The notes beneath the pieces were generated by a model that did not search any database, was not told the origin of the DNA, and was given only the letters and a program-made list of their open reading frames with translations. From NCBI GenBank assembly GCA_009602735.1, contig WELA01001485.1, positions 1-64,000 of the forward strand: a stretch of DNA of 64,000 nt, in the 5' to 3' direction. The DNA is from Mesotaenium endlicherianum. Lineage: Eukaryota. This document shows, in pieces, positions 1 to 9,284 of this stretch. Made by a program: the position numbers and the translations under genes. Position 1 is the stretch's first letter. Each line of letters starts with the position of its first letter.

Positions 1-80
1 ATCACGAGCAAAACTTTTTAGGGTTTGTTCAACTGGCTTGCATCGTTATCCTTTTAAGAAATTACTTTTGAGATAAGTTC
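1..80 (+). mobile_element. Right end of an IS5-family insertion sequence (transposase C-terminus 3..71 plus putative terminal repeat), truncated by the window edge
   Basis: Frame 3 reads HEQNFLGFVQLACIVILLRNYF*, typical of IS5-family DDE transposase C-termini. It is followed by GAGATAAGTTC|TAG, where the intron RT reading frame breaks off abruptly. Confidence 0.7.
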
Positions 81-690
81 TAGATAACAATGGACTTATT
101 ACACCTCCTTGCGGAGTGCCTTTGTCCCGACTTTCTGCGCCGGTATCTTTCATAACCCCAGCTTTTAACCACCGTTCTACATACAGCAAGACCCATTTTT
201 CCTGTGTGTATTACTTAACAGCTTTCATCATTAATTCATGGTCAATGTTGTCAAAGAAGCCTTTGATATCCAGATCAATTACCCAGCCTAAATGTTTACA
301 CCATTTATGGGCTTGCGCCAATGCCTGGTGTGCATTCCTTCCTTTGCGGTAACCAAAGCTGTTTGGATGAAAACTTCCATCAATCATAGGTTCGAGGTAA
401 CTTTTGACCACTTGCTGTGCAACACGATCTTCTACCGTTGGTATTCCCAAACTTCTAAAGCCGCCGGATTTCTTGGGAATTTTCACCTCTTTAATTAAAG
501 AAGGCAAATAACTTCCTGAAGTCATTCGGTTCCAGAGCTTGTATAGATTGCCCGGTAAATTTTCAGCATAATCACTTACGCTTTCGCCGTCAATGCCAGC
601 GCTTCCCCCATTGTCTCTTACATGCTTGTAAGCATCCAACACCATTCTTTTCGTGATTGGATGTGTCTTTGTTTCATAATAATCAATCAT
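81..690 (-). pseudogene. ltrA: Group II intron reverse transcriptase/maturase, disrupted (in-frame TAA at 211-213; IS insertion at 80/81)
   Basis: RT0-RT3 motifs (AYKHVRDNGGSAGIDG, LYKLWNRMTSGSY, IPKKSGGFRSLGIPTVEDR, FHPNSFGYR, DLDIKGFFDNIDH). The same frame continues past the stop as YTQEKWVLLYVERWLKAG...GTPQGGVISPLLS (RT4) and is then replaced by IS sequence. Confidence 0.9.
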
Positions 691-1213
691 CCCTTTTACA
701 GTTGTCTTTTACAATGAAACTAATCTGGTTCAGCCCTTCGCTCCTGTCTGCTTTCACAGACTGTCACCGCTACTACGACTGAATCCGTCCCTGCATTATC
801 TTTCGGTATTCGCCTTGTAGGTTCTCTACTTGTGCTTCCCCTTAGCACGATAATGCAAGTTCCCTTGTTCCGTTAAATCGCCTGACACGGAGTCCTGCTA
901 CCTATGCACCGCCTGCCACTCAGCCAACCTCAGTTTACTATCGCTAAGTTTTGTCTGTATGAGAATGTGAACTCTTACATTTTGACAGGGTTTACTTCAC
1001 ATATCGATGTTTTAAGAGAGTAGTTCACTTGCGTTCAACTCTCCGTGTCATACCTGACAACTATCATGTTGCCTTTTCCCCAGTCGCTCAGTACCATCGC
1101 CTTTCGTTGAAAGCACCACTGGGTGGTTTGTAGGGTCTGTCTGCCAGCCCCTACGATGGGCCATACCACCATCGTTTTAACAGCATGCAACTTTCCGTTG
1201 CTTCAAGGCGCAC
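81..1213 (-). mobile_element. Group II intron, 5' part (ribozyme domains ~691-1213 plus RT ORF), probably bacterial class D
   Basis: Canonical 5' boundary GTGCG at 1213-1209 on the minus strand and a ~520-nt non-coding leader before the RT start. The RT N-terminus resembles RmInt1-type (class D) proteins. Confidence 0.85.
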
Positions 1214-1282
1214 CACAAATTGTGACTTTAAAATTGCCAACTCTAGCTCGGTAAGTTGGAGCATAAAATCTTCAGGAATCGA
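1214..1282 (-). pseudogene. Remnant of an ORF6N-domain gene forming the intron's 5' exon
   Basis: Minus strand translates (RF)PEDFMLQLTELELAILKSQFV, matching the ORF6N motif RFPEDFMFQLT..E...LKSQFVTS. It appears to have a 1-nt frameshift before PEDF and no intact N-terminus. Confidence 0.7.
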
Positions 1283-1317
1283 TTCTATGAAGTGGGAGGT
1301 AAAACTATAAGTTTAAG

Positions 1318-4300
1318 TTAAAACACTTCTTCCCGCAACAGGTAGCCGCTAACCGATCCTTTTGTAAATAAGTAGTTCAACAGCACAAGTACCTTCTCGC
1401 GAAGCATTCGATTAGTTTTGATTTTGGTCCGGTTCAAGTACACAAAACGACGGGCAATATGATTGAGGTAATAAATGGTATTGGGATGTACGTCTACCTT
1501 AGACAAACTTTTATTACTGGAAAGCATATCGCAGATCCAGTGCAGGCCTTCATTCAGATAAGGCGTGCCCACTTCATTCAAGAATTTGGAGATTGAATAC
1601 AATACTTCAGGATGATGCCCGATATCATCGCATACTTTTTTAAAGAAAGCGCTATTCGCCGGTTTTAATGTATGCCATTCACGGGCAGTATCTTTCCAGT
1701 AAGGCCAGGCCAACAGATAATTATGAATAAGGGAATCACGGTGACAGACGTCTTTCTGAACAGCCTGGCGTAAGCTGGGATAGATGTCATTCCAAATTTT
1801 CCAGAACTGTTCATAATGCTCCAGCCGATCCTCCTCGGATATTACTTCTGAAATAAACCTTGCCATCTGCTCACTCGGAATAAACGGGTTCACAAAAGAA
1901 TGCAACCATGCGTCTATCGCCTCAGAATTGCGGTGCAACAAGAACCGGGCGTATTTGCGAAGGAATCGATTTTGCAACCGGTAGTCCATTTTCTCTTCAT
2001 CTTTATGGCCCCTGCGTATTAACAGGTCTTTACTGAATCGCTCCAGCATTTTCTTTATAAAATCCAAGTGGATAGGGTCGGTGGTATCATCAGGGATCGA
2101 TTGAAAAACCATATCAACCACCTGTATATCCAGTCGCTCGAACTTTATTTGTTTAAAACAAACCTTAGTCGGTCGTACATTCTCAAAACGATTTTGATTA
2201 GATTTAGCTTTAAAGAATTTCTGTATTGCCTGGAGCCGGGACATTTTCTTCAAATGTAATTTACGGTAATCTGTAGCCTTGTCCAGTAGCGGCTTGATCG
2301 CGAGGTACGCTAACAATATTTCATTAGCCTCCCGCGGTTGCACTAAACATAGCTTGAAGCGGATCGCTTCGGCTGCATAATCACACACCCGTTTGTATTC
2401 TCCGATGGAATGCGCATCAAAAAGAATAAACAGTAAAAGAAAATTAAAATCCTTTTTTTCTCTTGGAAATAAGGCATACAGGTACGGCAGCGTACTGACA
2501 GCCACTTCTACACCATCGCTGATCTGGTAATTGTATCCTTCCAGCAAAGGAAGCGATGCGAATTGAAGGATGATTTCTTTACAGAAGCCGAGCTCCCTCT
2601 TCGAAAGAAGTTTGCTGTACTCCTTTATCAACACAGCGCAGGCAAATGCCGGAATGGATTCATCAGAGAAAGGCAACGGTCTGCTACCTTTATTCAGTTC
2701 TTCGATGAGTTGCCGGGTTTCTTGTAAAACGGCGGCTGGATTTCCTTCGTATTGCGGGTATTCCTTAGTAGCATGACGGTGATCGAATTTATTCATTGAC
2801 CACATCTTAAGCGCTGTATATTTATAGTGCTCTTCAAATTGCTGAGTGCCCTGCTGGCTGAATTGCTTTAGGTCCGGCGCTAGCTCGGGGTTAAAATGTA
2901 TGAGCGTACCGCTACTCGTTGGTTCAGTGGTCGGCGACATTTTCCGGCTGTCAATACGGGCAAGAAATAATCGAAGTACTTTGTTTTTTTCTGTTTCCGT
3001 ATCTTCTCCCTCGATGGAAGCATACATTTCATCTATGATGCGAAGTATGGCATCGCGCCGATCTTGGGCTACCGTTTCGCTTACTTCGCCCGTCCGGAAA
3101 AATTGCGATTCTAGTGCAAGACCTTCCAGTGTTTTTTTCCGGTGTGGCTCCTTACAGGTAGCAAGGCGTTCTTTATCAAACTGTCTGTCGCTGGCACCCA
3201 TGCCGACCCCGATAGAATAAATACTCTCCGCCTCACTCTCCCGTGTTAAACGAATATTGTCATACAGCAAGAAAGAATAACTCCGGAACAAGACAAGCGC
3301 AACTTCAAACAATTTATTGGGATGTGCTAATACTACACTGGTGACAACTGCTGAAATGGAAGCAGAGTTGCTGTGCCGCAGCAGATGCTTAAGCCACTTG
3401 CCGAGATTTTTCCCGTCTGTATTCTTCCCTATTTCCATAAGTTTCTTCTCCAGGGCCATGTGAATGGATTGAAGAAGATACGGTGTAACCGGCGAACCTG
3501 AGCCACGGTACATGCACCACAGGCTGATACTGATATGTTGCTTGACCCGAACATCGTCAACTTGGACTTCCACTTCTTCAACAGTATTTCCGTATTCCGA
3601 TTTCGCATAAGCAGAGATTGCCCTATTCGTAAAATCGAGGATGAATTGTATGGTTTGCGGAAACGCGACCTGGAGCAGGTAATAAACGGGGGTCTGTAAA
3701 GCACTGGCTGGATAATAATCACGATGAACATGCTCACGGATAGCATAATACTTCTCAACACCAAGGCTGCTGCTGTAAGGATGGCGTTCTTTTTCTACCT
3801 GATGCCAAGCCTGATCGGCAAGACGCAACGTAAGTTCCGGTAGTGTAATGATGAACTGAATGCTTTGGTTATTGTCTCCCAGGATCGCATCGCGCAGGCT
3901 GTCAAAGGAATCCCTGCGATTGAACTTTCCCGTGACTAATTCTTCCACGATTGTTGTCAACTCTTGCTTCAGCTCACTTGCAGTGCCAAGCACAACTTCC
4001 AATAATTGCTTTTCATTTTCCGATCCATAGTGTACCGAATCTTTCAATTCTGCTTCTTTATAAAAATGCAGAGCGAATAAGCCTGCAAGCCTGGTAGCAG
4101 GGCCGGTTGGGTTTTCGATAGCCCACTCTTTCAGCATCGGCACAATAATTGTCAAATCTTCGCGATCAAATTGCTTGATGTGTTGATGCAAGAACGAAAT
4201 GACAGCTTCCCATCCTTTTCCCTTAGGTTTTGTAAATACGATGGCCGGGTTCAAATTTTCATTTTGCACACGCATCAGCAGTTGCAACTTCTCGTCTACT

Positions 4301-6036
4301 TCTTTGCATGCCGTGCGCAATAAAAAGATGATGAGCTTCAAGTATTTTTTTCCATTCTCGAAAAGCTTCGCTTCAAATTGCTGAAAAAACCAGTTGCAGT
4401 GATCAGAAAGCAGAATGCTGACCAAGAGTTCATCTTTCCAGAAATCCGGGATATCCTTGTTGACAAATGCGTTTTCAATAAATGCGCGAAGATGCGGGTC
4501 TTCTTGTAATAATTTAGCCGATAGCCACGAGCGAAACGCTCTGCGCATAGGTAATGCCGGCCCTAGCTTGCTGAAAAATTCTGCACAATTGATGAAATTC
4601 GCAAACTCTTTTTCAATCAGCTTTTCCAACGCCCATTCCTCATATATATCATGGGTAATAAAATGACCGCCCTGGGCATCTTCATATTTAATGATCTCAT
4701 CTCGTTCCAGCAATGCCAGTACTGCAGCGTTGCAAGGCAGGTCAGGAAGGAAAAAATTTCCGGTATCGCAACGTAGCCTTGCGATCTGGAGAAAGCATTT
4801 TTCGCGTTCCAGGTGAATATTGTTTTTCTTAACCTTGGATTGCTGGATACGCTTTTGCCAGAGCATATCCCGAAATTTAGCATAATCTACTTCGTCTTGA
4901 GTGACCGTATACTGACCAAGGTACTCCCGTAAATAAAACAAATTCCTGATCAGCGATCGAAGTTTGGCATCTTTGGGCAGCTTGAACTGATAACGGGTGG
5001 CTAGGTCTTCCAGTTCAGGGGTCGAAAGGTTTTCCAACGCAATGGTATAAAATGATAACCGGTAAATTTCCAGCATTTGAAAACGCAAATCATCCAGATA
5101 ACTGTTGCGGGTGGTGAAAATGACTTTCCAGTCATTAGCGATCAACGCAGAGATGAACTCTATAAAAACCTCTTGGTTCTCAAGGTCCGCCAGTTTTTCA
5201 GCCGAGTCAAAGAAAAAGGTTCGACCAGCCTCTTCTTTATGCGCATCAATAAAATCGGCTAACCCGAATTGCCCGAAATCGTGAAGTATGTCGGCAACAC
5301 TGGTCCGGTTGAACTCGGCAGCTTTCAATACATATAGTGGGTTTGATGCGGACCATATTTCTTTTATCAGTGCAGTTTTACCGCTACCGCCGTCACCTGA
5401 CAGTATAATCACTTGTGATGGTACGTTCGTAAGTTCAGTTGCAAGCGAGCTACGATCAATTTTTATCTGCTTGCCCGCGAACTGAATATCGTTGTGAATT
5501 GGAAACAGGATTGTTTCGGAATGTCTGGTTAATGCTTCCAGGAAATCGACAATACCTTTTGTTGTTTCAAAGTACTGGTTGAATAAATATCTATTCTCCG
5601 GAACAGACAATTGTTTTTCAAAATGGCTATTGACTCTCCATTCGATCTTCACCTTTAGTTGGCCGGCTGCTTTTTCAATCGCGACCAGGTAGATGGGTTT
5701 CTTTTTATTCTTGCCGCTACTTTCAGAAAGCTCCTGGTTCGTATAAATTAGGATATTGTCAAGCTCTGGGTTTTTTAATTTCGCTTTTTGAAGAGAATCA
5801 ATGATATCATCTTTATTTGCCGACAGCTTTGTGTCGTAAAACTTCGCCTGGAAACCCGTCTGCTGTCCGTCGTAATCGATCGGCTCCGTTTCGATCCCGG
5901 TTTGATTCTTAAAACGGAAGATTCCTTTCTTAATACCATGTTCATAGCAGAACAGCATATAAGACAGTGATTCGAACGCTGATTGTTCGCGCTGGTGAAA
6001 TTTCGCTTTGAATATGTTCCAGTTCAGTGTAGTCAT
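1318..6036 (-). CDS. avs4: AVAST type 4 antiphage protein Avs4 (Mrr-like nuclease + STAND NTPase + helical/TPR sensor)
   Basis: 1572 aa. N-terminus NWNIFKAKF...FESLSYMLFC...GIFRFKNQTGIETEPI...GFQAKFYDTKLS matches recalled EcAvs4. Walker A SGDGGSGKT, Walker B FFFDSAEKL, and WKVIFTTRNSY. Confidence 0.9.
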   Translation of the reverse strand: MTTLNWNIFKAKFHQREQSAFESLSYMLFCYEHGIKKGIFRFKNQTGIETEPIDYDGQQTGFQAKFYDTKLSANKDDIIDSLQKAKLKNPELDNILIYTNQELSESSGKNKKKPIYLVAIEKAAGQLKVKIEWRVNSHFEKQLSVPENRYLFNQYFETTKGIVDFLEALTRHSETILFPIHNDIQFAGKQIKIDRSSLATELTNVPSQVIILSGDGGSGKTALIKEIWSASNPLYVLKAAEFNRTSVADILHDFGQFGLADFIDAHKEEAGRTFFFDSAEKLADLENQEVFIEFISALIANDWKVIFTTRNSYLDDLRFQMLEIYRLSFYTIALENLSTPELEDLATRYQFKLPKDAKLRSLIRNLFYLREYLGQYTVTQDEVDYAKFRDMLWQKRIQQSKVKKNNIHLEREKCFLQIARLRCDTGNFFLPDLPCNAAVLALLERDEIIKYEDAQGGHFITHDIYEEWALEKLIEKEFANFINCAEFFSKLGPALPMRRAFRSWLSAKLLQEDPHLRAFIENAFVNKDIPDFWKDELLVSILLSDHCNWFFQQFEAKLFENGKKYLKLIIFLLRTACKEVDEKLQLLMRVQNENLNPAIVFTKPKGKGWEAVISFLHQHIKQFDREDLTIIVPMLKEWAIENPTGPATRLAGLFALHFYKEAELKDSVHYGSENEKQLLEVVLGTASELKQELTTIVEELVTGKFNRRDSFDSLRDAILGDNNQSIQFIITLPELTLRLADQAWHQVEKERHPYSSSLGVEKYYAIREHVHRDYYPASALQTPVYYLLQVAFPQTIQFILDFTNRAISAYAKSEYGNTVEEVEVQVDDVRVKQHISISLWCMYRGSGSPVTPYLLQSIHMALEKKLMEIGKNTDGKNLGKWLKHLLRHSNSASISAVVTSVVLAHPNKLFEVALVLFRSYSFLLYDNIRLTRESEAESIYSIGVGMGASDRQFDKERLATCKEPHRKKTLEGLALESQFFRTGEVSETVAQDRRDAILRIIDEMYASIEGEDTETEKNKVLRLFLARIDSRKMSPTTEPTSSGTLIHFNPELAPDLKQFSQQGTQQFEEHYKYTALKMWSMNKFDHRHATKEYPQYEGNPAAVLQETRQLIEELNKGSRPLPFSDESIPAFACAVLIKEYSKLLSKRELGFCKEIILQFASLPLLEGYNYQISDGVEVAVSTLPYLYALFPREKKDFNFLLLFILFDAHSIGEYKRVCDYAAEAIRFKLCLVQPREANEILLAYLAIKPLLDKATDYRKLHLKKMSRLQAIQKFFKAKSNQNRFENVRPTKVCFKQIKFERLDIQVVDMVFQSIPDDTTDPIHLDFIKKMLERFSKDLLIRRGHKDEEKMDYRLQNRFLRKYARFLLHRNSEAIDAWLHSFVNPFIPSEQMARFISEVISEEDRLEHYEQFWKIWNDIYPSLRQAVQKDVCHRDSLIHNYLLAWPYWKDTAREWHTLKPANSAFFKKVCDDIGHHPEVLYSISKFLNEVGTPYLNEGLHWICDMLSSNKSLSKVDVHPNTIYYLNHIARRFVYLNRTKIKTNRMLREKVLVLLNYLFTKGSVSGYLLREEVF

Positions 6037-6466
6037 TTGAATAAGTCTTCCATCTTTACTTCCGATACTATGCTCAATCTTTTATTACCAGACACCAATG
6101 ACTATCAGTGATAGGTAACAACCACTCCATTGGGAAATATCGGTATAATTCCTCCCATTCCCTTTCCGGGGATATAAATGCATTAGAATACATTATCTAA
6201 AAAATAAATGAAAAAAAGAGAAAACATTTGCAAAAAGTAGCGATTTCCACTACCGTTTGCAAAAAATTACTCACTTGGAGGATGCAAGTCAATTACACTG
6301 GAATCTCCATCCGGGAATTCAAAATCTGCATATTGAAAGTTCCCTTCCACTTTAGTGCCATCATTTGAAACAATTAATCCTTTATAAACGCGGTAATCAA
6401 TGAGCTGGGAAATGTTAAAATCATCCCCCAATTTTTATACTCGATTGATAATCAACTATATATTCT

Positions 6467-6497
6467 TTTGTAATAAACTCACAAAGCAGTAACTTTG
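6467..6497 (+). promoter_or_regulatory. Bacteroidota housekeeping promoter for the three-gene TA-chaperone operon
   Basis: TTTG (6467-6470) - 19 nt - TAACTTTG (6490-6497) fits the -33/-7 TTTG..TAnnTTTG consensus. Confidence 0.65.
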
Positions 6498-6513
6498 CTT
6501 CCGTCATCATTTT

Positions 6514-6529
6514 TTCACTTATAAGTGAA
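6514..6529. promoter_or_regulatory. Perfect 16-bp palindrome, candidate antitoxin operator
   Basis: TTCACTTATAAGTGAA lies between the promoter and the toxin start. Confidence 0.6.
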
Positions 6530-6558
6530 TTTTTTCTAAATTGCATACCATTCGAATT

Positions 6559-7056
6559 GTGAAGTCCAAACTTAGGTGGTTAGAAATGTACTCTGGAAAG
6601 ATGGCATCACTTTATACAGTGATGTTTGAGTTGGCTGAGGGAGAGATAACTACAAAGCTGGATCAGTTCTTTCAAAAATACCGGGACCGCTATCCAGAAG
6701 AACTCATGGATATCGTTCGTAGGCTCAATTCGCTTGGGAAAGAGACTGGCTGTACTGAGAACTTTTTCAAGCTGGACGAGGGCCTGAATCCCGATGATAT
6801 GGTATGTGCCTTATATGATGTACCGGAGATTAACTTACGCTTGTACTGTATTCGGCTGGATGATCAATTGACCATACTGGGAGACGGTGGACCCAAGGCA
6901 ACAAGGACCTGGCAGGAAGATGCTAACCTGAAAAAAGAGGTTCATGCAATGATGGATGTATCAATGGTGCTTCGCACCAAACTTAAGAACGGCACTATCA
7001 AACGATCCGCTAATGGATTAAGGCTCGATGGTGATCTCTGGATCACCAAGACTTAA
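6559..7056 (+). CDS. Putative RelE/HigB-like toxin (start GTG 6559 or TTG 6541)
   Basis: Motif ALYDVPEINLRLYCIRLDDQLTILGDGGPK resembles the RelE/HigB/Gp49 beta-core. It is the first gene before an HTH gene (toxin-first higBA order). Confidence 0.6.
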   Translation: MKSKLRWLEMYSGKMASLYTVMFELAEGEITTKLDQFFQKYRDRYPEELMDIVRRLNSLGKETGCTENFFKLDEGLNPDDMVCALYDVPEINLRLYCIRLDDQLTILGDGGPKATRTWQEDANLKKEVHAMMDVSMVLRTKLKNGTIKRSANGLRLDGDLWITKT

Positions 7057-7088
7057 AGTCAAAGGCAAAAAAGATACAAAAAAAGACT

Positions 7089-7544
7089 ATGACAGAAAAG
7101 ATCATTCATACTGAGGATAATTGGGGAGACGATTACTTCAGCCCGATCTTTGGTGATTTGCAGTCAAAAATTTCTGCTGAACAACAAGAGGAGACAAATT
7201 ATAAAATGAAGCTAGCGGCCAAGATCTACCAGGCCATGAAAGCGCGGGGGATGAACCAAACGCAGTTCGCTGTTGCTATGGGTGAAAGACAAGTTTCACT
7301 GATCTCTCGATGGTTGAGTGGTACCCACAATTTTACAATCAGTACGCTCATTGCTGTTCAACGCGTGTTGGATATTACACTGCTGGATGTGGAAACAACA
7401 AAATCTCAGCCCGTTGTGCAGATCAAATTAAGTGTGTCTTCCCCCATTTCCGAATGGACACGATTCAATCTCGATCAATACATCAGTGATATGGGGGGAA
7501 TGGCCATTACGGAAAAAACCATAGCCCAAACTGTTGAAGGATAA
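7089..7544 (+). CDS. XRE/HTH antitoxin (HigA-like) with C-terminal extension
   Basis: HTH_3: IYQAMKARGMNQTQFAVAMGERQVSLISRWLSGTHNFTISTLIAVQRVL, followed by a ~50-aa tail. Confidence 0.75.
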   Translation: MTEKIIHTEDNWGDDYFSPIFGDLQSKISAEQQEETNYKMKLAAKIYQAMKARGMNQTQFAVAMGERQVSLISRWLSGTHNFTISTLIAVQRVLDITLLDVETTKSQPVVQIKLSVSSPISEWTRFNLDQYISDMGGMAITEKTIAQTVEG

Positions 7545-7549
7545 ATCTC

Positions 7550-7960
7550 ATGGAAGACATTACGCAATCATACAGAGTAATAGCAGCAGAGGTTACTGGC
7601 TTTGACCTCTTTCCAAAAGTCAGTCTGTTTGAACATGGGCATGTACTAGATTATGAAATAGAGCAAGAACAAAAGCTCGATTTCGATCGAAAGCTCATGA
7701 TGTATACAACCTCTGTTAGTGTTATCAACAAAACTAACAATGAAAATCTGCTGTATTTTAAAACGACATGCCTTTTTGAACTGAAGGTTTTTGAACAGCA
7801 TATAACCATCCTCCCAGAAAGGACTTTTCAGATCACTCCCGGTGTTAGAGATTCCATGAGTAAGATTGCTGTAGGTATTACCCGTGGACTCATGTGCGCG
7901 CGATTGGAAGGCACGTATATCGCTAATGCAATGCTTCCGCTCTTGCCATTTGAGTATTAA
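7550..7960 (+). CDS. SecB-like chaperone
   Basis: 136 aa with four beta-strand-like segments, then a helix and a Pro-containing tail (IAVGITRGLMCARLEGTYIANAMLPLL), as in SecB-fold proteins. Starts 5 nt after the antitoxin. Confidence 0.6.
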   Translation: MEDITQSYRVIAAEVTGFDLFPKVSLFEHGHVLDYEIEQEQKLDFDRKLMMYTTSVSVINKTNNENLLYFKTTCLFELKVFEQHITILPERTFQITPGVRDSMSKIAVGITRGLMCARLEGTYIANAMLPLLPFEY

Positions 7961-8174
7961 TGTTGATAGTCTCTTCTGGTTGAAAAGATGAATAGCACAT
8001 TGCAAAAAAACATTGCAGCTTATATACAGTTTACTGCGTTTTTCTGAATTGATCTTTTGTAATCAATTCAAACGCTATCTTCTGCAATTGGGGGTTGCAG
8101 ATCAACTATTTTCTTCCGAACTTCTTCTACCAGTTCGTTCAATGTCAACATCCCATAAGAAAATGTGTAGATAC

Positions 8175-9008
8175 TCACTCATTGGAGATTCCGGTGTAAT
8201 TGATAGATACATCATTGCTTTTTCGATACGCGTATCCAATCTTCGGCAGCTTCCAGTATTTGTAATTCAAATTTTTGGTGTCAAAACCAAACTCAGCAAA
8301 TACGCCTAATAGTCGAATCTTATTTGAGTTAAGTTCTTTTAGAAAAACAGGTGAACCGGAAAACCCTTTTAAAGTTGTGGCAATGTTGAGATTTTTGTTC
8401 ACTACAATGTAATTCGATGAATCAACTGTTTGTTGGGTTGAATCCGCGTTACGATCATAGATAATTGTGTTTTCTCTTTCAATATGCTGGTGCGCCACTT
8501 CGGGAACAACAAACGCTTCTGGATACTTAAAATAGTCTACACCGGGGAAACCGTACATATCTATACAATCAGTTTGACGGAATGGAGGTTTAATAAATTG
8601 TTCGACTGAGTTCAATCTGCTCGTAGTTTCTCCGATTACTTCCATCGCGAATATATCTGGGTCATTCAACAATGTATCAGGACAAGGAAAAAGGTCCTTT
8701 GCACCCTTGACGTTAACCGAAATAAAACTCGGCACACCATTAATGTTATTAATAACTGTAAACTGTTCGGGGTATTCATTTCGATTTGTAGCAATACCAC
8801 ATCCGGTAATTACATGCCGGGCTGTTATCAAATAAATTTTGCCGTTGTTGCGAATAAAGAAGCACGTTCCACCAGCTGGGCTAAACTTACTGCTGTCGGT
8901 CGAGAAACCTAATAATGGGTAGCTGAATTTCTTTAAACTATCGTTTTGCGACAACGCAGCACTAATAGCGAAAAGTGCAAATAAAAAAATAACAATCGTT
9001 TTCATCAT
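8175..9008 (-). CDS. Exported trypsin-like serine protease
   Basis: Signal peptide; GTCFFI...YLITARHV (His), PDIFAM (Asp) and GFSGSPVF (Ser). Confidence 0.8.
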   Translation of the reverse strand: MMKTIVIFLFALFAISAALSQNDSLKKFSYPLLGFSTDSSKFSPAGGTCFFIRNNGKIYLITARHVITGCGIATNRNEYPEQFTVINNINGVPSFISVNVKGAKDLFPCPDTLLNDPDIFAMEVIGETTSRLNSVEQFIKPPFRQTDCIDMYGFPGVDYFKYPEAFVVPEVAHQHIERENTIIYDRNADSTQQTVDSSNYIVVNKNLNIATTLKGFSGSPVFLKELNSNKIRLLGVFAEFGFDTKNLNYKYWKLPKIGYAYRKSNDVSINYTGISNE

Positions 9009-9284
9009 GCTGTAGTTAATGCTGAAAATTCTTGTGGGGCTAGTGCTAAATTACTGTTTATTACCTGTAAACAAGGGTGTGATAGGGGTTCCGGTAACAA
9101 TCAATACTGATCATAAAGTAGAAGTAAACAATGGAATAAAAGAGGAGTTTGAGAATGGAAAGGAATACCACTGTTTTCATGACAATAATCTTTTTCTAAT
9201 CCTTCCCAGAGAAGCAGACATGCAGGGTGAAAAGTATATTGAGTGGCACAATCAAAATGTATTTAAAGGATAACAATAAAACAT

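Noticed and set aside
211..690. RT as a retron, DGR or defence-associated RT partner of Avs4
   Set aside because: It has group II intron RT0 motifs and a GTGCG 5' boundary with a ribozyme-length leader, and it is pseudogenised.
8175..9008. Protease as an AVAST type 1-like effector
   Set aside because: It has a signal peptide and is not operonic with the STAND gene, and Avs4 already carries its own nuclease.
9019..9273. 84-aa + strand ORF
   Set aside because: No recognisable motif, opposite to the flanking genes, and it overlaps an alternative minus-strand small ORF; unsupported.
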